A DNA stretch of 64,000 nt from a virus, in the IMG/VR virus record IMGVR_UViG_3300010413_000014, positions 1 through 64,000 of that record. One strand, written 5' to 3'. Both the position numbers and the translations under genes were made by a program. This document shows positions 28,578-39,039 of this stretch, piece after piece. How positions within the stretch are numbered: position 1 is the first letter of the stretch; every line of letters starts with the position of its first letter. The notes beneath the pieces were generated by a model, which worked only from the letters and a program-made list of their open reading frames with translations, was not told the origin of the DNA and did not search any database.

Positions 28578-30440
28578 TTAACTTTTTGCTTTGTTTAACC
28601 AATCTCTATTGTAATGGTCACCTCTCATTTCATTCAAATCTGCATCAATAGGAATATAGCGACCAGAACTCCTATCATACATAAACCAAACATCTGCTCC
28701 AGCTTCACCTAAGTTATTTTGCTTTACTTTCAAGATACGAACTAAAACTGAATTAGCGCGGCGATAAACAGTGATCCCATGATAACTCATCTCAAAGAAG
28801 GCAGATGATCCTTTCACACTATAAAAGTCAGGAATCTCATATTCACCCGTCTTTTCATCCTTCTTCATCTTGAAGGGGTGAGCAACTAAAATAACCATTA
28901 CACCCATTTGATGAGAAAAATGTGTTAAAAGCCTCAGAATCTCTTCAATCTTTTCATGTCCAAAGAACTTACCTTTAATCGATAGCATGTTAAATGGATC
29001 AATAACGAGATAACGAAAATCGTGCTCAGCTTTAACTTTAGCTGCTAATTTCAATAGCTTTTGAATATTTCCTCCAACGTTACCGGTATTAATATGCTTG
29101 ATCATATTAGTTACATAATCGTGAGCTACTTTGATAGTTTTCAAGTTATCTGGATTAGACCAATATGATTTGCAAGTAATATTGGTCCCAACCATCTTTC
29201 GAATGAGCTTTATGAGATGTTCCTCTGGTGATTGCTCAAACCCTATAACTAGTGATCGCCTACCGTGAAGTCGAGCTAAATCAATCATGATCTGATCAAC
29301 CATCTCCGTCTTTCCGTGCCCTGGAATACCTGTAACTGTTAAGATCCCAGTTCCATCAAAGCGAAATGCATCTGCAAAATTCTTCAGAGATATTTCTTCA
29401 CCAATTCGATCACCTTGATTGATGCGCTGCATTACTCGCTCAATAAGGTTTTCGTAAGATATTAATCCATCCTCATCCTCACCTGAATGCTCTTCAGTAT
29501 TATTTGAATCAGTTGATGTACCCTTTGCATATGCAGTGTAATCGATATCGTCCTCATCCTCATCATCCTCATCTCTAGCTCCCAATCTATAAGGCCACTT
29601 TAATTGAGGTTTATGATTTGCTAATTCAGCAACTTCTGCAAATCGTTGCTCGTTGTCAGCTGACTTCTTGAAATGATATTCTGCTGCATCAATTACAAAA
29701 GAGAGATCTTGTTGTGGATGTTTGAATCCGTATCGAGCTAAATCTAAGACTGAAACCTGGATAAAATGGAAGTTGTTGTTTGTCTTAGCTGCAATATCAT
29801 TCTCTAGCACAGTTTCAAAGAATTCCTGCGGATCATCCCACAATTCTCTCGATTCATCTAATTTCTCAAGCTCACCAACCTCTTCATAATCTTGCGAAAT
29901 CAGTATATATGCAGGCTTAGCTTTCTCATTGATCCTGATATTCGGATCATAAGTCATTATCAAGCAATCGGTTATCGATAAATAATCAACATCACCATAA
30001 AGCTTGAATTGCTGAACTACCTGTTTCCCGATTTGCCTGTAATTATCAGCATTGATTAGATCTGAGTGAACTCGATAGAGCAACTTAATTCCATTTCCAG
30101 AAGGTGATATCATAGCTGCTAATACATGAGGATTCTCGTTCATGATATCCTCTTTCACATCTTCGAGATCATCTTCAACGTCATCGATATCAAGAATAAT
30201 TAATCCACTTGCCTCAATAAAATCAGCTTTCTTTCTGAATCCATCAAAGAGTCCATGGAAAGCAATGGTAGGCAACTTCTTCTTAATATCCTTATTCCCT
30301 GCTCGAACTTTATCAATCTCAGTTTTAAAATCACCGTTTTCAATAAGCTCAAGCGCCTCACCTACTGTTATCGTATCAGAAGCCTCGATTTGATCGGTAG
30401 CGTCAAAATAACTAATCTTTGTCTCTAAAATCATACTCAC
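28578..30440 (-). CDS. Primase-helicase (VirE-N/BT4734-like primase domain + SF4 helicase)
   Basis: KKKLP, SGLIILDIDD, SPSGNGIK, TYDP in the N-terminus; GIPGHGKT Walker A, IDPFN, VAHP and LKVK in the C-terminus. Confidence 0.85.
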   Translation of the reverse strand: MSMILETKISYFDATDQIEASDTITVGEALELIENGDFKTEIDKVRAGNKDIKKKLPTIAFHGLFDGFRKKADFIEASGLIILDIDDVEDDLEDVKEDIMNENPHVLAAMISPSGNGIKLLYRVHSDLINADNYRQIGKQVVQQFKLYGDVDYLSITDCLIMTYDPNIRINEKAKPAYILISQDYEEVGELEKLDESRELWDDPQEFFETVLENDIAAKTNNNFHFIQVSVLDLARYGFKHPQQDLSFVIDAAEYHFKKSADNEQRFAEVAELANHKPQLKWPYRLGARDEDDEDEDDIDYTAYAKGTSTDSNNTEEHSGEDEDGLISYENLIERVMQRINQGDRIGEEISLKNFADAFRFDGTGILTVTGIPGHGKTEMVDQIMIDLARLHGRRSLVIGFEQSPEEHLIKLIRKMVGTNITCKSYWSNPDNLKTIKVAHDYVTNMIKHINTGNVGGNIQKLLKLAAKVKAEHDFRYLVIDPFNMLSIKGKFFGHEKIEEILRLLTHFSHQMGVMVILVAHPFKMKKDEKTGEYEIPDFYSVKGSSAFFEMSYHGITVYRRANSVLVRILKVKQNNLGEAGADVWFMYDRSSGRYIPIDADLNEMRGDHYNRDWLNKAKS

Positions 30441-31205
30441 TTATTCTGTGGGCCAGTAAATCCACTCATATTCTGAAATAGCCCCTCGGTTTCGAATACT
30501 TTCGGTTATTTTGATGATGGTTTTAACATCTCTCCCATACTTCTTTTCATGAGTTGGTAATCCACTTCTCTCTCCATTGCTATTCAGAGAGTATCTTCTC
30601 AAGGAATAGAGATCATTATCAACAATACCACTAAGATGTTTATTTGTAAGTATATCACCCTTTTTCAATTCAAGCTTTGAAGCCTCAACTCTACTCTTAC
30701 CAATCTTGGTTCTTTGAGCTTCTTCAAGATAAAGAGGAAACTTAGATGCTCTGAATACAGTACTATATCGCAAATACTTTGACATCACTTTATCATCCTG
30801 CCAGAGCGCCCATCGATTACTGATTACGAGCTTGCAATCATCTACTGAACAATCTTTCAAGCGAGCACCAATTGCTTCTGCAGCTAATTTTGAATCAGTC
30901 TTAATATTAGTTCCCCAAACCTCGTTCATAAATTCGATCACCTCAACAATAGCTGGAGTAATGAGATCTTTTTTCAAGGTTTCAGCAGCTTTGTTAGCTC
31001 TATCCCACTGAACAAAGCCTTCATTGTGAAGTTTTAATAAAGAGGCTCTAACCTCCTTATTATACTTAACTTTCACCTTAAATTTGGCTTGCAATAACTT
31101 AGGATCCTTTTCTTTAAGAAGCATCAAGGTGATTAGTACACCCCTATCAAAAAGAGTTAACTTCTCATCCAATAATTGATCTATATTATTGATCGTTAAT
31201 TTCAC
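30441..31205 (-). CDS. Replication initiator / replisome organiser-like protein
   Basis: EVIEFMNEV..I.ARL...SVDDCKLVI...W..D..M.KYLR..TVF...KF..YL resembles the conserved phage C-terminal domain. Confidence 0.6.
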   Translation of the reverse strand: MKLTINNIDQLLDEKLTLFDRGVLITLMLLKEKDPKLLQAKFKVKVKYNKEVRASLLKLHNEGFVQWDRANKAAETLKKDLITPAIVEVIEFMNEVWGTNIKTDSKLAAEAIGARLKDCSVDDCKLVISNRWALWQDDKVMSKYLRYSTVFRASKFPLYLEEAQRTKIGKSRVEASKLELKKGDILTNKHLSGIVDNDLYSLRRYSLNSNGERSGLPTHEKKYGRDVKTIIKITESIRNRGAISEYEWIYWPTE

Positions 31206-32199
31206 GTAGTTGGAATTTTATCAAATTAATAATCAAATCAACAGATCCTTCTTCACCTTTGTAATAAAAGTATGGAGTACTAGTTCCTCGAATCAAGCTC
31301 AATATAGCTGAATCAAGAAGTATAGCTTCATCTTTTGATTGAAGTCGACCTTCTTGCCGGAACTCTTTCTTCCTTTCTAAAAAGATATCGATGCGATCAG
31401 TGAAGGATTCATGAGCAGCGATAACCTGCTTGTGAAAATCCGCATCACCACTCTCATCATAAAGAATCTGGTTTAAGAGTGGCGAATCAGTAATGATCAC
31501 ATCCACCTTTCCATCTAAAGTTTGCAACTTTCTCAAGGTCTTTATGAAGAGTGGTCTTTGATTTTGCAATCGAGCAGTATCGCCAGCCCACACATAATCT
31601 TTAGCGATCTCTGGAGCCATTTCACATATGATGTTTTGCCACTTCAATCTAGCAAAAAGATTAGCCATCATTGTCGATTTGCCTGTTCCAGGTCCACCAT
31701 ACAAATTCACAAGAAGTGTTCGCTTCTTAGATTGTTTGATTTCCGGTTCAATGAGTTTGATGCGACTTGCATATGATAGATAATCTTTAGCAAGGAATCC
31801 TATCGCTCCAACGATCATGTTAGGATTAGTCTTACAGACAGTTCTACCATACACTGCAAACTTACGTTCATTAATATGAGGGAAAAATTGAAGTATAAGA
31901 CGACCAAAATTATCGGTGTAACATCCCAAATACTCATAATCACCAGCATCATTGATAGTGTAATGAGCACCTTCGATAAGATTTTTGTACTCTTTCCAAT
32001 CAGCTTCGATATACTCAGTAAAGTATTGAAGCCAATTAGAACCATTCATCGAAATAAGGTGATCTTGGTAAGACTCACTTTTAATAAAAGTGATACTGTT
32101 GTCAGAATCTTGTTTCGATTCATAGATTTTCCCGCTTTTGAAGGCAAGTCTCTCATCCTCCATATAGAGATCCCTGCAGCATAACCATTTCTTTTTCAT
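31186..32199 (-). CDS. P-loop nucleotide kinase/ATPase (NadR/AAA_28-like) with N-terminal extension
   Basis: VNLYGGPGTGKST, E.AKDYVW, ITDSPL, GRLQ. Confidence 0.75.
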   Translation of the reverse strand: MKKKWLCCRDLYMEDERLAFKSGKIYESKQDSDNSITFIKSESYQDHLISMNGSNWLQYFTEYIEADWKEYKNLIEGAHYTINDAGDYEYLGCYTDNFGRLILQFFPHINERKFAVYGRTVCKTNPNMIVGAIGFLAKDYLSYASRIKLIEPEIKQSKKRTLLVNLYGGPGTGKSTMMANLFARLKWQNIICEMAPEIAKDYVWAGDTARLQNQRPLFIKTLRKLQTLDGKVDVIITDSPLLNQILYDESGDADFHKQVIAAHESFTDRIDIFLERKKEFRQEGRLQSKDEAILLDSAILSLIRGTSTPYFYYKGEEGSVDLIINLIKFQLREINDQ

Positions 32200-32221
32200 A
32201 AGCTCTTTGTTTAAAATGTAT

Positions 32222-32254
32222 CTAAAGATAATTCATCATTTTCAAAAATACAAT
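32222..32254 (-). promoter_or_regulatory. Host-type promoter
   Basis: ATTG-N20-TATCTTTAG. Confidence 0.65.
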
Positions 32255-32298
32255 ACCAAACCGATTATTTATTCCAAATTTCATCAATTAAAGATAGA

Positions 32299-32484
32299 TT
32301 ATAAGATGGCGTCGATCTGCTTTGCTTGCAATTCAGTAACCTCACCTGTTCCTTTGCAATATGGACATATAATTGTTATGTAGAGTGCTTTTGTTGAGTC
32401 TGGAGCATGTTTAACTCTACCATCGTTACACATATTAGGACATCTAACCATTTTTGATCCATCTTCAGCTTCTATTATTTTCAT
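32299..32484 (-). CDS. Small DnaJ-type zinc-finger protein
   Basis: CPNMCNDG...CPYCKGTG. Confidence 0.6.
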   Translation of the reverse strand: MKIIEAEDGSKMVRCPNMCNDGRVKHAPDSTKALYITIICPYCKGTGEVTELQAKQIDAIL

Positions 32485-32520
32485 ATTCTTATGATTAATT
32501 GGTAAAAATAGGGTAGGTAA

Positions 32521-32712
32521 TTATTTACCTACCATTCTATTATAAATCTTTACACATTTCTTGCAACAATGTTCTGGATGCTCTTCAAATCTTCTCTCAA
32601 ACTCCTCTACTGTCAAAACTAAACCCTTAACGAAAGGATTGGTAACGCAAGCTAATCTCTTCAACTCGATTCCTTGAACCTGAGTATTTGTCTGTTTTTG
32701 TAAGTGTACCAT
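32521..32712 (-). CDS. Small Cys/His-containing hypothetical protein
   Basis: VH..C...CCKKC; own promoter. Confidence 0.55.
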   Translation of the reverse strand: MVHLQKQTNTQVQGIELKRLACVTNPFVKGLVLTVEEFERRFEEHPEHCCKKCVKIYNRMVGK

Positions 32713-32737
32713 TGTGTTTCTGTTTTATTATTATGTT

Positions 32738-32770
32738 CTAAAGATACAATCAAAAGTAGACCTAGACAAC
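32738..32770 (-). promoter_or_regulatory. Host-type promoter
   Basis: GTTG-N20-TATCTTTAG. Confidence 0.75.
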
Positions 32771-32842
32771 AGTTTGATGAAAATAATAACAAAAACCCCT
32801 CATTAAATTAATAATGAGGGGTTGAACTAGAGCAATAGTTTA

Positions 32843-34081
32843 TTAAATCACAATCTCAAGCACCTTATAACCCTGGTGCAATTTACTGGCAGATTTAGCG
32901 TTATACTCAGCTAATGTACTCTGAATAGGATAACCAGGATAATCATCAACTTGATCTAATTCTACACGGATGTTATTGATATCTCCATCAGCATCGATCA
33001 GATGAATATTTTGAGAGGCTTTGGTAATCAAATTCAAACCAAGGTCCGAATATGTATTGTTTCCCACCAAAGATCCACCTCTCGCATAAAGATCAGTAAT
33101 GTTAGCAAAATGAATATGACCAAAAATCACATAATGAATGTCAATTCCTTTTGCTACATACTTACCGATCACCTGTTGAATTGCTTTTTGAGAATCAGCT
33201 CCGAGCGTTGTTCCATGTATTGCAAGGATGTTTCGACCATTCAAGCTAACGATCATCTCAGAAGGATTACCAACAAGAAACTCAACGTGAGAGTTGCGAT
33301 AAATTCGTCTCAAGATATTGAAGATGATTGAATCATAATTATCAGTTACAACTAGATCAGTAAAACCAAATTCATCAACCCTTGATTCATTACCAGTGAC
33401 ATACATCACTTTCACATTAGGAAAGTCTGCAGCAAAATCATTAATAAAGTATTCAATCAATTGAACAGCTATCATTGTTGCAGACATCCTATTGGTTGCC
33501 ATATTCAGCTTTTCATCTAATCTGCGATCAGAATTGATCATATCGCCTGTCATAGCAATAATCACTGTTTCAACTCCACCTGCTTTCAGGTACATCTTAG
33601 ATTTAGCTGCAAACTTTTGCATCCTTTTTGAAGCTATATCGAAATCATATCGATTATTCTTCAAATCAACCAATTCATTAAAATGAGTATCAGTCAATTG
33701 AATAATAGCGGCATTTCCAACGATATTAACATGAGGACTAATTACTCTTGGAATATCCAAATTAACTTCATCCAATTTGCTCAATACAGCTTCATTCAAA
33801 GCAATTAATGCATTCTCAACTCTTGCATATTCACGAAAAGCCTTTCTCTCAATGCGATTCGCATCTTGAAACCGTTGTTTCTGCTTTGCAAGTCTTACGC
33901 TTTCGATTACAAGCTCCTGATCTCGATCCAACAGAACATCCAAACTCTCATAAAGATCTTTGTAAGATCGAGCAAGATTATTGGAAACTTGCAATAAATC
34001 TTCAATAAATGGAATTGTGATAGCTTTCTCTTTTCCGTGTTCGATCAACAGATCAAGCTTCTCTCTACTTAACTTTGCCAT
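32843..34081 (-). CDS. Calcineurin-like metallophosphoesterase
   Basis: TDTH, GDMI, GNE, HG and GHIH motifs. Confidence 0.85.
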   Translation of the reverse strand: MAKLSREKLDLLIEHGKEKAITIPFIEDLLQVSNNLARSYKDLYESLDVLLDRDQELVIESVRLAKQKQRFQDANRIERKAFREYARVENALIALNEAVLSKLDEVNLDIPRVISPHVNIVGNAAIIQLTDTHFNELVDLKNNRYDFDIASKRMQKFAAKSKMYLKAGGVETVIIAMTGDMINSDRRLDEKLNMATNRMSATMIAVQLIEYFINDFAADFPNVKVMYVTGNESRVDEFGFTDLVVTDNYDSIIFNILRRIYRNSHVEFLVGNPSEMIVSLNGRNILAIHGTTLGADSQKAIQQVIGKYVAKGIDIHYVIFGHIHFANITDLYARGGSLVGNNTYSDLGLNLITKASQNIHLIDADGDINNIRVELDQVDDYPGYPIQSTLAEYNAKSASKLHQGYKVLEIVI

Positions 34082-34108
34082 TAAAAATATTTGAAATAAA
34101 CCACCCTA

Positions 34109-34684
34109 TTAAGGGATCGCTCTATATATATGTTGTTTATAGTATTCTAGAAACTCTTCGTTCAATTGACTCCAATATTCATACTTCTCATAAGTAGCTT
34201 TCCAACGAAATGCTACAAAGATAGAGCGTTCCTTATTCCTCTCAAAGAGATCATCTAAAGATCGTCCAGCTACATGAAGGCCTATTGATTTGAAATTTTT
34301 ATTAAATTTCTTCAAACACTTCTTTTCAGTTAAAAATTTTACAAGTAAATTCTCCGGTTTCTTTATGAGATGTCCATCAGACGTAGCTCCAAGTTTTCGT
34401 TCGATCCACATTGAAATCTTAACACCATAAATCGATCCACTTACACTACCTACACCATATGGAATCATCAACCAATAATCCATATCAGCTAAAACGAGCT
34501 GTCGAAAAGTAAGAAACCAAATCATATTCGAAAAACTGGCTGCAATCAGATGATAACTGATATTGTCGCGATTTCGACTCCTTGATACGATCGAAAAGGA
34601 AACATTTTGAATAAATGCTAATAATAGCACTGTCATCACACTTGCGGCAAATATGCCGATTAAACTGCTTAAAAGATTTGTCAT
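34109..34684 (-). CDS. Membrane protein (3 predicted TM segments) with soluble C-terminal domain
   Basis: Hydrophobic segments in the first ~95 aa. Confidence 0.65.
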   Translation of the reverse strand: MTNLLSSLIGIFAASVMTVLLLAFIQNVSFSIVSRSRNRDNISYHLIAASFSNMIWFLTFRQLVLADMDYWLMIPYGVGSVSGSIYGVKISMWIERKLGATSDGHLIKKPENLLVKFLTEKKCLKKFNKNFKSIGLHVAGRSLDDLFERNKERSIFVAFRWKATYEKYEYWSQLNEEFLEYYKQHIYRAIP

Positions 34685-34686
34685 AG

Positions 34687-35220
34687 TTACTGAATTTTAA
34701 TTCCTTGTTTTGATAGTTTGGACTCAATCTCAGCTAAAAATTCCTCAGCTTCTTCAATCGCACCCTCCTGATCACGAATAGCGAGCTTCAAATCATCGAT
34801 ACGGGTCGAGTAGGTACCAATGATATTGCGCGAATTTTCAATGCCACCTTGAGTTGCTTTATAGATTTCAACCAGATCAGCAATCTCAAGAGCAGTTAGA
34901 GCCTTAGAGACTGGCGTTTCAGTTGAAGTATCCTTATTAATTGGAAAAAGGATCTCTATATGATTGCATCCAAAACATTTAAGATCATAAGAATCACTCT
35001 ACAATGCCCAAGAATAGGAAAATCCTTGATAATCACCATCAAATTCACTAATTCCTTTGGCGTGTGGGTGATCAGTTAAGAGAAAATATGCACCTTTCAA
35101 TTGGCTAATAAAACTTCTCTCGTCACCAAAAGCAATTATTCCCTCCATCACTATTTCACCATCTCTCACACGACACTGTCGTCCGATATGATCCTGTGTG
35201 ATCTCAAAGCATCTCTCCAT
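34687..35220 (-). pseudogene. Hypothetical gene interrupted by an in-frame TAG (34999-35001)
   Basis: Frame stays open for ~103 codons after the TAG (SDSYDLKCFG...AEIESKLSKQGIKIQ*) with no ATG/GTG start and only one late in-frame TTG. Confidence 0.6.
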
Positions 35221-35432
35221 TCACCAACAACTACATATGCGCCAGGGCACGAGGTACGAAAGTATCCTTCAGAATCTTTAAATAGAATATATCCATCCTC
35301 ATTTTCCTTGATAACATCAAATTGACGCCCGAGGAGTCCTCCATTAGGATATCGGCACTCAGCTGTAACATATCCTACCTCCGCAAATTTATCAGAAGTC
35401 CATTGGGACTTTACAATCTCAACTCTTTTCAT
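35166..35432 (-). CDS. Hypothetical protein (probable start MKRVEIVK)
   Basis: ATG at 35432 avoids overlap with the upstream gene. Confidence 0.55.
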   Translation of the reverse strand: MKRVEIVKSQWTSDKFAEVGYVTAECRYPNGGLLGRQFDVIKENEDGYILFKDSEGYFRTSCPGAYVVVGEWRDALRSHRIISDDSVV

Positions 35433-35448
35433 GTTTTTAAGTTTTAGT

Positions 35449-35889
35449 TTAATAATGCTTATTATTTTTCTTAGATCTCGATCCACCCGATTCACACTTA
35501 GGACAAAAGAATCCTTCCCAAGATCCATGATCCTTAATTCTAAGTTGACCTCCACAACAACAAATATCACGATCAATTTTTGTTTTATGTTTTCTTTGAT
35601 TTTGTGGTTTTGGATTCTCCTTTCGGCATTGTTCTCTACCTAATCGAACATATCCTGTAGTTTTTTCTGCTGCAGATTTCAGAAGTTTTAATTCATCGAC
35701 TGTTAGTTCAATTGTATTACTTTGATGATTAGCGCACTTCCAAATGATCTCAGCTTCTTCATCTGAAACTTTATTCATATGCCACTTTGTAATTGTAGCG
35801 CAACCTCCTCTTGGAGATGTAATCATTATACAAGCGCTCTCCAATCCCCACATCCATCTATCATCTATAATGCATTTATATGTTTTCAT
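35449..35889 (-). CDS. Hypothetical protein with C-terminal zinc ribbon (probable start MKTYK)
   Basis: CCCGG...CPKC; ATG follows the conserved leader. Confidence 0.6.
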   Translation of the reverse strand: MKTYKCIIDDRWMWGLESACIMITSPRGGCATITKWHMNKVSDEEAEIIWKCANHQSNTIELTVDELKLLKSAAEKTTGYVRLGREQCRKENPKPQNQRKHKTKIDRDICCCGGQLRIKDHGSWEGFFCPKCESGGSRSKKNNKHY

Positions 35890-35915
35890 AGCTTTGTGTT
35901 TTAAATTTTCAATAC

Positions 35916-35947
35916 CTAAAGATACGCATTTAAAATAAAACGCCAAC
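35916..35947 (-). promoter_or_regulatory. Host-type promoter
   Basis: GTTG-N19-TATCTTTAG. Confidence 0.7.
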
Positions 35948-36003
35948 TATTTTAAAGAAAAAATCCCTATCAAATTAATGATAGGGATTAAGCTGTTATT
36001 TGA

Positions 36004-36426
36004 TCACCTTACCTTCCACTTACCAAACATCCATCCAAATGCTCGAACTGCAAAATAATACACCTTAGACCAATAAAAATCTTCTTCTTTCAACATCTCG
36101 TAAAAGAGTTTATCAGCCTCTTTTCTCGAGATTGGTACTTCACTCTTATATTGGTAGAGTGCATCATGCACCATTGAAGCATAATAAGTCTTTGGTTTTC
36201 CATGCTTACCAATTGCTCCATCAGGTGTTCCAAAGACCAAATCAAGAAATGTGAATTTTGGTGTACATCCATCCCAGGCATAACCTTTTGGAATGATGAT
36301 TGTGCCTCTTATTGAGATTTCAAGATAATCTGAACAGAAAGATCTTCCACGAAATCTTACTACAAACTTGTAATAATCTTCTTCATTTTTAAACTTATAC
36401 ATATCAACCACATTTTGCGTAACCAC
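36004..36426 (-). CDS. DUF1353-family protein
   Basis: IPKGYAWDG, ASMVHDALYQ, R..AD.LF, YFAVRAFG. Confidence 0.8.
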   Translation of the reverse strand: MVTQNVVDMYKFKNEEDYYKFVVRFRGRSFCSDYLEISIRGTIIIPKGYAWDGCTPKFTFLDLVFGTPDGAIGKHGKPKTYYASMVHDALYQYKSEVPISRKEADKLFYEMLKEEDFYWSKVYYFAVRAFGWMFGKWKVR

Positions 36427-38980
36427 AATCTTTACACTTCAAACAGCCTTCGGTCATCAGAATTGAGCCACCACATTCAGGACATCTCTGTTCTCCTTCA
36501 TTCTTCACATATGAATGAATCACCCTTTCGATAACTTTATGAAAGGATGAGATGGTTGCAAACTTCGAGATCACTTCAGCTATATATTTGGGATCAATTC
36601 TATGGCGAAGCATAGCACTTACACTTCGAGTTTCATTTTGCTCTGTTTCAACCATATGAGAACAAAGGTTCTTAATCGTGTTTGAATCTTTTAGACCATC
36701 ACCGGCTTCAAAGTAATATTCACCAGAACCTCTTTTGATGATTTGCCCCTTCTTGATCCGGTGTGAAATGTGTGTTGCATCATTTTCAGGAACAGCAAAG
36801 ATCTCATAAGGCTTACCATCAACAATACCAACGAAGATAATGAAGTTCTCTTTGCGAGCTGATCTAAAAAAGACGTCACACTCAACAACTTTTGGCCTCT
36901 TTAATGCATTGATATATTCAAAGCTTTCTGCATTAGCAACTTTCTTTGATTCAGTTGAAAGTACACCTGCTCGACTTCCATCGCGATAAACAGTAATTCC
37001 TTTGCAGCCACTTCTCCATGCTTCAAAGTACACATCATTTACCATCTTCACATCAACATATGATGGCATATTCACGGTTACTGAGATCGAATGATCAACC
37101 CATTTCTGAACTGCACCTTGCATCCTTACTTTTTCGATGTAATCTACATCTTGAGCAGTTGCTTGATAGTAAGGTGATGCTTCAAAAATCTCTTTAACCT
37201 TCTCTTTTGAAAGATTCTTTAACTGATACTCCGCAATATGAAAGTCAACTTCTCCTTGGATTGCATACCAATCAATAAATGGACGATGAAATACTGGGAA
37301 TTCAACCCACTTGTCACCCATCTCATCTACAAAATCAACATGATCACCCTCTTCGGCTCGCTTCATACGATAATGATAAGGTGAAAATACTGGCTCAATA
37401 CCTGAAGTAGTCTGAGTCATCAAACTGGTGGTTCCTGTTGGAGCAATCGTTAATACACCAATATTTCGACGGCCAGATGCACAATACTCATCAATCCACC
37501 CTCGTGTCATCAGCTCATTTTGCGTAAACATGCGCATAAGAAAATCGCCCGATTCATTTTCTGGGTCATAAGCAGGAAAGGCACCTCTCTCTTTAGCAAG
37601 TAAGATGCTAGCTTGATAAGCTGAAGTTGCGATTAATTGATGCAGCTTTTCGGAGAATTCAGTAGCTTCAGGAGTTCCGTATCTATATCCCAAAGCAGCA
37701 ATCAAATCTGCTTCACCTAAAACTCCTAATCCGGTACGACGACCTTGTTCTGCTGTATGACGTATCTTCTTCCATAAAGCAATCTCAACTTCTCTGAATT
37801 TATTGTTAGCCTCTTTCTTGATACTTGCAAGAATACCATCAATTCGCTCAATCTCAATATCCACGATATCATCCATCAAACGCATGGCTTTAAAAACATG
37901 ATCAATCAAAAGCTCATCTTCAAGTAATGCTTCTTTGGTGAATGGTTTATAAATATATGAATAAAGATTGAGTGACAATAAGCGACATGAATCATAAGGA
38001 GATAATGGGATCTCACCACAAGGATTTGTGCTCACTTCTCTCCACTCTTCTCCATAACCTGATGCAGGTGATTCGCTCAGTATTTTATCCCAAAATAGGA
38101 TACCAGGCTCAGCGGACTTCCAGGCATTATAGACAATTTTATCCCATAGCCTTTTTGCATTGATCTTTTTGAAGTAAGTCTGCACACCATCGATCACTTT
38201 TCCTGGATACAGTTTATCGAATTCGACCTCATCTTCATCATTACGATCATAGTCTTCAGTAACTTCCCAAATGTCAGCTGTAATTGGAAAGCGCTGATAG
38301 AATGGTTGATTGTGCTCCAAACAGTTCATGAAATCATCAATCACCTTAACTGAAACATTTGCTCCAGTAACTTCACCTTCAGTCATCTTTTTATCGATGA
38401 ATTTTTCAGCATCTGGGTGAATCATTGATATCGAGAGCATCAAAGCACCTCTACGTCCATCTTGTTGAACTTCTCGTGTAGTGGAAGAGAATCGATTCAT
38501 ATATAATGGAGCACCGGCATTCGGTCCAAGTGGAGCGCCATTTGCAAATGCACCTGATGGTCGCAAGAAAGAGATGTCTTGACCAACACCCCCTCGACGT
38601 TTCATTAATTGAGCCTGCTCTTCATCTGCTCTCAAGATTCCTCCATAAGAGTCATCGTGACCTCCAATAACAAAACAGTTAGATATGGAGGTATTGACAA
38701 ATGGATTTCCGATTCCAGCCATTGGGCTTCCTTGAGGAATAATGTACCTAAATCCCCTTATTAGCTCAAAAATCTCTGTAGCTGACATCGGATGATCATA
38801 ACGAGCTTCAATCTCTGCAAATTTATGTGCTAATCGAAGATGCATATCATCTGGAGTAAGTTCATAGTACTCTTTTCCATTCTTCAATGCATATTTGTCG
38901 ACGAATACCTTTGCAGCTAGCTCATCACCCTTAAAATACTTCAATGAGGCTTCGTAAGCCTGTTGTTGTGTGTAACTCAT
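36404..38980 (-). CDS. nrdJ: Class II (B12-dependent) ribonucleotide reductase
   Basis: SNCFV, RGGVG, TNPCGEIPL, TIAPTGT, SGIEP, GITVYRDGSR; C-terminal CPECG..C..CGYAKC; no beta-subunit gene nearby. Confidence 0.92.
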   Translation of the reverse strand: MSYTQQQAYEASLKYFKGDELAAKVFVDKYALKNGKEYYELTPDDMHLRLAHKFAEIEARYDHPMSATEIFELIRGFRYIIPQGSPMAGIGNPFVNTSISNCFVIGGHDDSYGGILRADEEQAQLMKRRGGVGQDISFLRPSGAFANGAPLGPNAGAPLYMNRFSSTTREVQQDGRRGALMLSISMIHPDAEKFIDKKMTEGEVTGANVSVKVIDDFMNCLEHNQPFYQRFPITADIWEVTEDYDRNDEDEVEFDKLYPGKVIDGVQTYFKKINAKRLWDKIVYNAWKSAEPGILFWDKILSESPASGYGEEWREVSTNPCGEIPLSPYDSCRLLSLNLYSYIYKPFTKEALLEDELLIDHVFKAMRLMDDIVDIEIERIDGILASIKKEANNKFREVEIALWKKIRHTAEQGRRTGLGVLGEADLIAALGYRYGTPEATEFSEKLHQLIATSAYQASILLAKERGAFPAYDPENESGDFLMRMFTQNELMTRGWIDEYCASGRRNIGVLTIAPTGTTSLMTQTTSGIEPVFSPYHYRMKRAEEGDHVDFVDEMGDKWVEFPVFHRPFIDWYAIQGEVDFHIAEYQLKNLSKEKVKEIFEASPYYQATAQDVDYIEKVRMQGAVQKWVDHSISVTVNMPSYVDVKMVNDVYFEAWRSGCKGITVYRDGSRAGVLSTESKKVANAESFEYINALKRPKVVECDVFFRSARKENFIIFVGIVDGKPYEIFAVPENDATHISHRIKKGQIIKRGSGEYYFEAGDGLKDSNTIKNLCSHMVETEQNETRSVSAMLRHRIDPKYIAEVISKFATISSFHKVIERVIHSYVKNEGEQRCPECGGSILMTEGCLKCKDCGYAKCG

Positions 38981-39007
38981 ATAAATTAATTGGTTTTAAA
39001 ATTTGAT

Positions 39008-39039
39008 CTAAAGATACAGCTTAATTCAAAGAATCCAAA
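39008..39039 (-). promoter_or_regulatory. Host-type promoter
   Basis: TTTG-N19-TATCTTTAG. Confidence 0.65.
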
